From the NCBI GenBank assembly GCA_965240325.2, contig OZ251246.1:930001-994000 (forward strand): a stretch of 64,000 nucleotides of DNA. Direction: 5' to 3'. The position numbers were made by a program, and so were the translations under genes. The notes beneath the pieces are model-generated. The model made no database searches. It saw only the letters and a list, made by a program, of their open reading frames with translations, and was not told the origin of the DNA. Shown here piece by piece: positions 33,004 through 42,542 of this stretch. Numbering within the stretch: the first letter of the stretch is position 1; each line of letters starts with the position of its first letter. The stretch comes from Rebecca billardiae RCC1528 (taxonomy: Eukaryota; Protista; Haptophyta).

Positions 33004-33999
33004 TTACGGCCTATAGATGCTGCTACGATCATATATATATAGTAGGCGGCGTCGATCGCGAGCGTGCGTGCGGTAGCCTGAGCTGAGGCGCGGGCCGGTG
33101 CGCCGCGGCCGCCACTGCCGACTGCGCCGGGGCCCGGGCCCGACCGGACCGGAGTCAGAGGCGGCCGCAGTCCGCAGACCAGGAGCTGACGGCGGCAGTC
33201 GTCGACGTCGACGGCGACGGGGCGGGCGCTTGTGCGCGAGGCTCGTCGTGGCCTGCAGCTCACTTCGTGCCGACGTGCGTGAGGATCGACTGGCTGCAAG
33301 CCTTGCTACAGGTTTGGGCGACATGCGTGCCCAAGCGACGTGCCGCCGCCGCCGGCCGAGGCGAGGCGGCGGCTGCGTGCGCCTGCGCGCGCTGCTCGAG
33401 CGCATGCGCCTTGGCCGGGAAGCTCGCGCCCATGCCTTAGAAGGCTGCGGCGATCGCGGCGAGATCCGGGCGCGCTCGGCGCGCAGAGCAGGCGCAGCTT
33501 GGCCGACCATCTTGCCGTGCGCGAGCAGGTGCTGCGCAACGGTGAGCACGTCGTCGGCGGTCATCCATGGCATCTGCGACAGCCACGGGCGACCGGAGGC
33601 ATGCCGCGCCGCACGCTGAGCTTTGTTCAGCTGCCTGCGGTGCGTCTGGGCTTTGAGCAGCAGGTAGTGAGTCGGCGCCGTCAGTTCAGCGGCGCAGATG
33701 CGCACGCCTTTCAGGTTCCGGCCGTCCACAAAGCACGCGGGGCTGGAGAAGACGTGCGGGAACCAGCGCGGGGCGAAGATGGCAAAGAGCAGGCGGTCAT
33801 GCGCCTGCGCCTGCCACGCGCACGGCAGTGCGGCCGCATTGTCCGACGTGAGCGCGAGCGCGTACACGTCGAGGTCGCCGGCCGATATGACGAGCACAGC
33901 GTCCCAATGCTCAGGGTCGCCGTTTTCGAGGAGGAGGTCGATCTGGGGCAGAGATGGCAGCGCGGCGCTCGCCTGGCCCTCGTCAGGCTGCGCGCTCAT
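33004..33999 (-). CDS. Orphan ORF (about 331 aa) inside the TIR element
   Basis: MSAQPDEG...; the first ~170 aa look globular (LLLENGDPEHWDAVLVI, LLFAIFAPRWFPHVF, LTVAQHLLAHG) and the rest is low-complexity. No DDE motif recognised. Confidence 0.4.
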   Translation of the reverse strand: MSAQPDEGQASAALPSLPQIDLLLENGDPEHWDAVLVISAGDLDVYALALTSDNAAALPCAWQAQAHDRLLFAIFAPRWFPHVFSSPACFVDGRNLKGVRICAAELTAPTHYLLLKAQTHRRQLNKAQRAARHASGRPWLSQMPWMTADDVLTVAQHLLAHGKMVGQAAPALRAERARISPRSPQPSKAWARASRPRRMRSSSARRRTQPPPRLGRRRRHVAWARMSPKPVARLAASRSSRTSARSELQATTSLAHKRPPRRRRRRRLPPSAPGLRTAAASDSGPVGPGPRRSRQWRPRRTGPRLSSGYRTHARDRRRLLYIYDRSSIYRP

Positions 34000-34114
34000 C
34001 CGCGCGGCAGCTTCGCGCAGCGTACCTCCCGCCGTCAGCGCCGCAGGGCAGCGGCGGCCACACGCCGCCGAGCCGGAGGCTGGTGCCAACGGACTCGCTG
34101 AGTGCGTTGGCTGT

Positions 34115-34155
34115 CGACTGCGCCGTGACTCCCAGTGGGAGTCACGGCGCAGTCG
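34115..34155. repeat. Perfect palindrome with 20-bp arms and 1-nt centre
   Basis: CGACTGCGCCGTGACTCCCA-G-TGGGAGTCACGGCGCAGTCG. Confidence 0.9.
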
Positions 34156-34211
34156 GCTCGCCCGATCCTGAGGGTTTGCTCCCCAAGCCGGCAGGCAACT
34201 TGGAGCTGTGG

Positions 34212-36008
34212 CAAGGGCGGTACAGGTCGATGAGGGCAGAATGAGACAGAGGGCACTTTGAGACAAAGGTGGCGGCCCAGTGGCGGTCCACTGGCGCCCA
34301 CTGGGCGTGGTACATGGCGCCCGCCTCGCACGCGCTACAGCGCCCGGTGAGGTGGACGCAAGTCTGTCGAGACGCGTCACATGTGTGCCCAAGGTGCATG
34401 CCTGGCACCTCCGCTCGTTTGCAGGCCGCTCCGCTGCCCATGCCTGGCCTGCACGCACCAAACGTAGCCGCCGAACGTGCCCCGCCACTGTGAGACGGCC
34501 GCGAACCGCGATGCACGGTGCCCTTCAGTGACGTGAGCAAGGTAGTCTACTACTGCAAGGGAACGCCAACCTGACGGCTGGCCATGCCATGGGAGGTAGT
34601 AGGGACGTCAGACACGCGCCAAGAGCCCATGGGAAGCTTGCTCTCCCCATTTGGTGAGCTCGTCGGGCGTGCGCACGCGGTTTGTCTCAAAGTGCCCTCA
34701 CCCCCCCAAAGTGAGACAAACTTGATGGTGCTCGTGCTCCTCAACGGCATGGAGTTAGCCCACGAGACTCGCAGCTTGAACTCTTCGTCTGATGCCCTCC
34801 ACGACGACGTGCGCGAAGGGCGTGAGCGCCATCGTGCTGGAGCGCAAAACACGATCCGGGATTTTGTCTCATTCTGCCCTCACCCACCTGTAAGGGCTGT
34901 CAACTCCCAGTGGCGGCAGCGCCAGAGGTTGGCTCCCGCTTCGCTGCTGCGCGGCCTCGCTCCAGCGACTAACTCTCGTGGGCGCCCGCCCCGGGGGGCG
35001 AGTGGGGCGCGCACGGCGCGAGCTCCTGCGGCCGTGTACGCGCGCGCGGAGGCGGCGCGCGCGGCTGGGCAGGTGCTAGGGAGTGCATGTCGCCCTCCCA
35101 CGCCGCGCGCCTTGCTCGCCGCCGCTTTCGCCGCGCCTCAGGCCAGCGCGCACGCGTGCGCCGCCTCCAGAGCCAGCCTCGGGCCCGCGGCAGCCGGCCG
35201 CGCGCGTGTGGTGCGCGGTCTGGTCGGCGCGAGTCGGTCGGGGCCATCGGGCGAGGTTCGCATACTATAGACGCGCGCTCTGCCGCCGCGCGCCGCCGCG
35301 CACGGTTGTCATGGGTCGACACGCAAGCATCTTAGGTCTGACACGAACTGCAGCACGAATGCGAAAATGCTCATGTTTGGACGCTCATGGAGACGTTGAA
35401 GAGCACAACAGACGAGCGCAGGCGATGGAGAGCGGGGCAATGCACTCATTGGACGCCGTACACGCACCCGATGCGGCCGCCTATCACGCGCATGGGCGCT
35501 CACTGTCGCGTGTTCGAGCTCATTTCTGCTTGTCGTACATTCATCGATCAGCTTCCTTCAACAGCTTCACGGGATGGTACAGGTCCCATGCGCGGCGGCG
35601 CGCGGCGGCAGAGCGCGCGTCTATAGTATGCGAACCTCGCCCGATGGCCCCGACCGACTCGCGCCGACCAGACCGCGCACCACACGCGCGCGGCCGGCTG
35701 CCGCGGGCCCGAGGCTGGCTCTGGAGGCGGCGCACGCGTGCGCGCTGGCCTGAGGCGCGGCGAAAGCGGCGGCGAGCAAGGCGCGCGGCGTGGGAGGGCG
35801 ACATGCACTCCCTAGCACCTGCCCAGCCGCGCGCGCCGCCTCCGCGCGCGCGTACACGGCCGCAGGAGCTCGCGCCGTGCGCGCCCCACTCGCCCCCCGG
35901 GGCGGGCGCCCACGAGAGTTAGTCGCTGGAGCGAGGCCGCGCAGCAGCGAAGCGGGAGCCAACCTCTGGCGCTGCCGCCACTGGGAGTTGACAGCCCTTA
36001 CCGCCTTG
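34212..36008. mobile_element. Second foldback (P/Galileo-like) element: ~420-bp TIRs (34212-34220 plus 34891-35302; 35589-36008), 286-bp spacer, 7-bp TSD GCTGTGG; left TIR interrupted by a mariner MITE
   Basis: 34891-35302 is the reverse complement of 35589-36000. Termini are CAAGGGCGG...CCGCCTTG. GCTGTGG lies at 34205-34211 and 36009-36015. Confidence 0.87.
34223..34890. mobile_element. Non-autonomous Tc1/mariner-type element (668 bp) with TA TSD
   Basis: TA|CAGGTCGATGAGGGCAGAATGAGACA ... TGTCTCATTCTGCCCTCACCCACCTG|TA. Extra internal copies of the GAGGGCA-x4-GAGACA motif at 34249-34267 and, inverted, at 34681-34699. Confidence 0.85.
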
Positions 36009-36126
36009 GCTGTGGGGCCGGACCAGCGGTGGTCCGGATTTGAGATGATTCGAAGTCTCGCGCCCGCCCGCCGCTCGGGAGCCGCTCGGCCGCGCGAAGC
36101 TGACGATCGCCATCTCGAGCGGCAAG

Positions 36127-38270
36127 ATGGTGCCACGCGCGACCGTGGGCGTGGTGCTGCTCGCGGTGCTCGCGCCGACCGGCGTGGTCGCGCTCGGCCG
36201 CACCGCGTCCATCGCACGCGCGCGCGCGCGCGCGCCGCTCGCCAGGCGCGCGTCCGCCGCGCGCGGCCCGGCGTGGCACGTGCGCGCGTCGAGCGCGCCG
36301 CCGGCCGAGGCGCCGAGCGCGGCGGCCGCGCCGACGCGGCCGCCCAAGGGCCACGGCGTGTGGCTGCCGGTGGGCTCGATCAGCTCGCTCAGCGGCCTCG
36401 GCCCCGTCCGCGTCGAGATCGCGCAGCGCACGCTCGCCGTCTGGGAGCACGCGGGCGAATGGTCGGTGGTGTCGGACGCGTGTCCGCACCGGCTGGCGCC
36501 GCTCTCGCAGGGCCACGTGGACGCGGCGACGGGGTGCCTCGAGTGCCCGTACCACGGCTGGCAGTTCGACGCCTCGGGCGGGTGCACGCGCGTGCCGCAG
36601 GCCGAGGACGGCCTCAAGGGCGGCGTCGCCGTCACCTCGTACCCGGCGAGGCCGCTCGGTGACATTCTGTGGGCCTTCTTTGAGGGCGTGGGCGGCTCTG
36701 CGGCGCTGCCGATGGCGGAGGGCACGCCCGAGGCGCTGTTCCCCGCGCTGCGCGAGGCGCCGCCCACGCTCGTGCGCGACGTCCCGTACTCCTTCGACTT
36801 CCTCGTCGAGAACTTCATGGACCCGGCTCACATTCCGTTTGCCCACCACGGGCTGCAGGGGCTGCGCACGGACGGCTCGCCCATCCCGATGCGGCTCGTC
36901 TCCGAGAACGCGAGCACGGTCGAGCTGGGCTTCGACGACGTGGTGCGCGGCAAGGCGCGGCAGGGGGTCGTCTCGTTCCGCGCGCCGTGCTACTACCACT
37001 TCCGCACCTTCTCCGAGGTGAAGGGCTGGGAGTTTGGGCTGATCATCCTGACGGTGCCCGTGCGGGTGGGCGCACCGCACGCGCCGGCACGCGCACAGCA
37101 CGCGCACCGCACGCGCACCGCACGCGCACAGCACGCGCAGACACGAGCGGGCGCGCGGGCGCGCGGGCGCGCTGCTGCGCGCCATGCGGGCGGGCGCGTG
37201 GGGCGCGGGAGAGGGTGGAGAGGGGTAGGGGTAGGGGTAGGGGTAGGGTTAGGGGGGCTCGGCGCGCACTCGGCACCCCCACCGTCGCGAGCACCTCGCT
37301 GCCGGGCCCAGCGAGCGCGCGGCTCAGCCGACTCTGCGCTCCGTCCGCCCTCTGGCGCGCGGCTCACTGCCGCCGCCCGCTGCGTGCCGTGCGCGCGCGT
37401 GCTGGCGCGCGACCCCGCCCGCCCGCCACGCGCGCGCGTGTGCGTCTGGGACGCCCCCGCGCGCGCAGCCGGGCCACTCTCGCATCCTGATCACCTCGGA
37501 CAGGCAGCGCTTCCCCAGCTGGCTGCCCACCTGGTTCCTGCACGCGCTGAGCAACCGCTTTGTGGACACGGACGTCTGGCTGCACGACGCGGAGCGCTGG
37601 GCGCGCGGCACCGCGGCGCAGAGCGCGCTCGGCCGCAACGGTGCGCGCGCGCTGTGGCCTCGACGCGTGCGCGCGCGCGTGCGTGCATGCCGCTGCTGCT
37701 GCGGCGGCGGCGGCGGCGGCGGCTGCGCGCGCGCTCTGCGCGCGACTGCGCCGCACTCCAGAGACTCAGAGCCCGTGCGCACCCGTCCGCGCCCCCCTCG
37801 CCGCGCGCCGCGCCGCAGCCAAGCCCGCTCCCCGGCAGACTGCGGAGGCGGGCGCGGGCAGCGCGGGCCTGCGCAACCTGCCGTACGCGCTCCCCACTAG
37901 CAGCGACATGGGCGCCATGCAGTTCCGCAGCTGGTGGGCCCGGTACGGCCTGGCCAACGCCGGCGACGGTTTTGGCCCCGCGCCCGGCGCCGAGCTCCGC
38001 TGGGTGCCGCGCACCGAGCAGCTCGACCGTTACGCGTACCACGTGCACTCGTGCGCGCCGTGCCGCGCGGCGCTCAGCCGCGCGCGCGCGCTGCGGCAGT
38101 GGGCACCCGCCGTCGCGCTCGTGCCCGTCGCGCTCGGCGCGCCGCTGCCGCTGCGCGTGGCCGGGCTGCTGCTCGCCCTCGCGCTGCGCGCCGGCGCCGG
38201 CTGGGCGGAGCGAATGATCGCGGGCGCGCCCGACGCGCACGAGCTCGGCCTGCGCGCGATCGAGGACTAG
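36127..38270 (+). CDS. Rieske non-heme iron oxygenase, PAO/TIC55/PTC52 family, probably plastid-targeted; exons 36127-37065, 37469-37640, 37819-38270
   Basis: Signal plus transit-like N-terminus; DACPHRLAPLSQG...LECPYHGWQF (Rieske), ENFMDPAHIPFAHH (mononuclear Fe), VPVR|PGHSR, HVHSCAPC CxxC and C-terminal TM segments. Confidence 0.9.
37221..37257 (+). repeat. (GGGGTA)n plus GGGTTAGGG telomere-like, G-quadruplex-forming tract in Rieske intron 1
   Basis: Seen directly. Confidence 0.7.
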
Positions 38271-39461
38271 CACTGGGCAGCTGTGCCGTGTGCGTCTTGA
38301 TCTAGTCGTGCCCACCGGCCCGCGGCTCGTCGCGCGCGCGGCGCGCTTACTCGATCGTCGGTCGTCGACGTAATTGTCGTCGTAGTGATGTCTGAATGCC
38401 GCGTCAGCTCAGATGCCGCACTCGAGTGCCCAATCGCAGTCGGGCACCCCGTCACTAGGCTCCGACAGACCGACTGCCGTCATGCCGGGCCGCGAATCCG
38501 GGATAGTCGCGGCGGTGATTCTCTCCGCGGCAGCGCCCGCAGCCCCGCACTCACTGCTATAAGTGCTAGCCGTGCCAGTGCGGTGAGTGCCGGCCCCGGA
38601 TCATCATCATCGTAGTCATCAATATATCGTCGTCATCAGCCATCAGAGCCATCAGAGCAGGTATATATATATATATGTCTAGCCGTCCTCGGAGCGCCTG
38701 GCGCCATCCAGATGCAGCGAGGAGGCGAGGCACACGCCGGGCAGGGCGGAGCCACGCGGCGAGAGACCAGACTCTATACATTGTATGGGATTTTTGTTCC
38801 TCGAAACAAAGTGCGAGCGGCAGCCAGCGCTCGGGCCGAGCGCGCGGCAGGACTGGCCGCTCAACGCCGACAGACGCGCGGTGTGAGATGGATCCCAGCT
38901 TGGACGACGCAGCTCGAGAGCCGCCAAGCCGCACGACAGCGAGGCACGAAGGACATCGCGCACAGGGCGCCTCGAAGCTGCGGGCCGCCGGAAACAGCTG
39001 CAGCCATCAGGACAGTGGGCACTTCCGACGGGTGCTCGCTGCGAGTGAGCGGGAGGCATGCAGCAGCGACGGTAACGGTTGGCTCGGCGCCTGATGAAAA
39101 ACCCAGTTCACGAATTGGCCGTCCTGACCGCCATGCCAACCATGCCTAGTTAGCCTATGGCCCAGGAGCAGCGCAGTGAGTAGGTCGTTCTAGGCCGCCG
39201 TGCGTGCACACAGAGCACGGGCTCGAAAGTCCCTTGTGGCACGAGAAGAGGGTGGCCAAGATGGCAGCCGGACTTGAGCTCGACCGCCTGGCTCAGGCTG
39301 AATGGCAGGCAGGTGTTGATACGGCGCATTGCGCTCCCACCGTCCTCTTAGACAATCAGTTATATTGTGCCAATAACCCCACATATAGACTCTCGCGTCG
39401 TCGCGACAGTGAGAAAGTAGACTGAAAGACAGAGAGCTAGACGAGCAGATCGAGAGACAGT

Positions 39462-39463
39462 CT

Positions 39464-39494
<31 letters not shown>

Positions 39495-39512
39495 TCGAGC
39501 TAGAGAGAGAGA
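39462..39512. repeat. (GA)n microsatellite tract
   Basis: Interrupted GA runs. Confidence 0.75.
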
Positions 39513-40649
39513 ATACGGCTATGACGATGCGGGTTTAGTTCATGCTGGCTGAGCCGAGCCGCATGCTGCGAGCCATCAGTCAGCCCCGCGATGATCATGC
39601 TGCCGCGCATCGCCGTCGGCAAAGCAGGTATCCTAATCCGGCGGATGAGTCGTTATAGATATAGCAGAGTAGCGGTTGTCACGCCGGGACGGACGGACCG
39701 CCACGGACTGACTAGATACATTATATAATAAACTGCTATACTGCTACTACCGCGTCGCGCGCGCGATTATCCGGATCATTATATATATATATATATATAC
39801 ATATATAATATAATATAATATAACGATGTGGCAGCAACGAACAAGCGTCAGGCAATCAGAGTGCAGCAGACACATAGAATGCGTCCGCGCCTTCCGTCCA
39901 GACGGTCCAGGTCAGACAGTGGCACAGTGCGCCACCCGCAGCCCTGCCCCCCTACGGGAGCGGGGCCGGGATGGAGCACCGCCTCTGCCTGGGGCACGCG
40001 GCGGCGACGGCAGATGCCGCCGCGGCCGAGCGCCTTCCGGAGCTGAACTTGGATGAGGGTGAGGTGGTAGTCGATGTCGCCGCCCGCCGACCTAGCGGCG
40101 AGTAGCTCCGGCAAGCGGCAGCCGCGGCTGTCGCCCCCGTGCGCCCGCGTGGGCGCCTGGATCAAGGCCATCAGAGGTCGAAGTACGCGTCGCCGCGCGC
40201 CGGCCATATATATATATGCTCCATATATATTAGTTACGTGACGACCTAGACGAGCGGCGGAATAAAATAATCAAAGCAGGTGCGCAGACAACAAGCACCG
40301 CCGCGCCGGTCGTCTGGCCGCTTCGATCGAATAACGAGTGCTGCGCATCACATCACTACCGGCGGGCCCACCGAGGTGTGACATAGCAGCGATCAGATGC
40401 GCCCCATATGGTCAGCAATATGAGCTGTCTCGAAAGTATAGATACGATATAGTCCTATCGTAGCGTGCAGCACCCCCGGAGCCGGGGGAGCGTGCCCCCC
40501 CCCCCCCCCCCCCCGTGCACACGTGAGCCATGCCAGCACGCACGCAGTCGCAAGCCGGATAAGCATCTTGGCCCTGCTGGCCGTGCAGGCAGCGCGTGCC
40601 GAGCCAAAGCAAGACACTAGACAGTGATGGGGGCTCCAGCAACAGGCTC

Positions 40650-42301
40650 TCAGCCCCTGGCTGACGGAACGCACCCGGGTGGGCACTTCGGCTTGACGAA
40701 AACGCCAAAGAGTAGAGTATGGCCACCGTTCAGCATCCGCCGCTGCCGCCCACGACGGATGCGCACACACTCAGCGGGGCAAGTGACACGTGGGGTAGGT
40801 GTGGGCTTGACGCCTGGTGCTGGCGTGGGCGTGGGCGTCGGCGTGGGCGACTGGACCGGGGTCGGCGTGGGCGACGGGACCGGCGTGGGCGACGGGACCG
40901 GCGTGGGCGACGGGACCGGCGTGGGCGACTGGACCGGCGTGGGCGTCGGCGACGGGACCGGCGTGGGCGTGGGCGACGGGCCCGGCGTGGCCCGGACGAC
41001 CACATCAAGACCGTAGTCGTAAGACACGATGTCATCCCCCGGGTCAGCTCTGATGTAGTCGTAAGCGTTATCCGCAGCATAGATCTTGTCGACCTCACCG
41101 TCGACGGCCTCGATGTACGTGCGGTGCGTCGAGCCCCCCGATGACTCTCGGTTGGCAACGAACAGGTCCTCGCCTGGCCCACCTGCACGCAGCAGCCAGC
41201 AGCAGGGCGCGTGGTGAATGGCCGCCACAGCAGGGGAGTGTGAGTGTCATCATCATGATGCATGGCAAGTGTGGCGCGGGTCGAAAGGGCTTGTGGCCCC
41301 GCTGCCAGACTTGCGACGCTCGGCGACGGACGCCCAGTCCCGCGATGCGCCCACCTGTGAGGTAGTTGGTCACATTCGAAAGCATGGCACTGTTGCCCCA
41401 TGATGCTCTGCCTTCATTGAGCTCGTCAGCACCCTTGCCACCTGCGGGAAGGGAGCAAGGGCGTAGCATCCAGCATGGATTGAAAGCAGGGGCAAGGGAG
41501 GCCACGCTTCAGGGCAGGCGGTCGATTGAGCGCCGCAGCGTGGATGGCGCGTGAGCGTGCGCGCACCGAACAGTCGGTTTGTGACGTCGCCGACTGAGCC
41601 GGCGACTTCGTCTAGGATCCGAGGCTCCCACGCCCACCCATGGTTTCCGCCGTGCAGGACGTCGTCACCTGCTCCACCGTACAGGGTGTTCTCCACGGAG
41701 CCACCATGACCCAACGAACCTCCCCCTAGCTGCGGGAGGATGTACGGGAGTCCAGAGTCTCCGCCAAAGAGGACGTCGTTCCCTCCCAGGCCGAACACAA
41801 CGTTTGTTGCGGGCGCGCCCTCAGCACAATTAGTGGATCCATCTTTCGTCTGAACGCATGGAGCGTCATCGCCGTTGCCACCGTAGATACGGTCGTCACC
41901 CTCGGTCCCCGCGTACGGCGGATTGTTGGTCCCATCCGGAAGCTCAACCGAGTTGTATTGGAGAGAACGTCGGCCGGCCGGCTCCTTCTCGTCGAACCTG
42001 CATGGCGGTCAGCGTGGCGCATTGGGGGCGGTGGGCTCGTTGGTGATGATTGCAGCGCCGCACGAGGGCTGTGGCACATAATCCATACTGAGCGCGAGCG
42101 CAGACGGCAGAGCCCGCCGAGCAGCGGCAGCGGCAGACACCGCACGCATGCATCGTGATGATCGACGTGATCCGTCAGCGCAGGGAAGGAAGCCCGAGCG
42201 GGCGGCACGCACCGAGGCCCTGCACGGGGCAAGGCTGCGTCGGCAAACTGCTCTGCATTGGCAGAGGCCGCGAGGATTGCCAACGACAGCGCCGCCCGCA
42301 T
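40650..42301 (-). CDS. Secreted protein with RTX/hemolysin-type Ca-binding glycine repeats and Pro-Thr/Ser stalk; exons 42301-42213, 41997-41567, 41441-41355, 41182-40650
   Basis: Signal peptide [16 protein letters not shown]. Spliced frame gives [41 protein letters not shown]|GGKGADEL, T|GGPGEDLF, then (PSPTPTPV)n and a Cys-containing C-terminus. Three phase-compatible GT-AG introns. Confidence 0.78.
40816..40990 (-). repeat. 18/24-bp coding tandem repeat encoding [14 protein letters not shown]
   Basis: Repeated ggcgtgggcgacgggacc units. Confidence 0.85.
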
Positions 42302-42542
42302 CGTGCACGCGCGGCCGGGGTCTGGACGCCGCGCGGCGGTGACAAATATCCACGCGACCAGGCGACTCGGCACCGGCGCGGTCAACACGGGCACCGGCGC
42401 GGCAATATCTGACGAGCAGGGTGTGGCTACAAAAAACAATCTTGATCACTTGCTATCTGCGTGTCTCCGTAGTATACACTTGACCATATAATTTATTTTT
42501 AACGTAGTGCACTCTTGGTTAAGGCAGTTGGTTAACGCACAC

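Larger units (their letters stand above)
32527..34187. mobile_element. Putative TIR DNA element (1.66 kb) with perfect 30-bp TIRs and 7-bp TSD CCGGCAG, carrying an orphan ORF
   Basis: CTTGGGGAGCAAACCCTCAGGATCGGGCGA at 32527-32556 and its reverse complement at 34158-34187. CCGGCAG at 32520-32526 and 34188-34194; a 5-bp TSD reading (CGGCA) is also possible. Confidence 0.65.
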
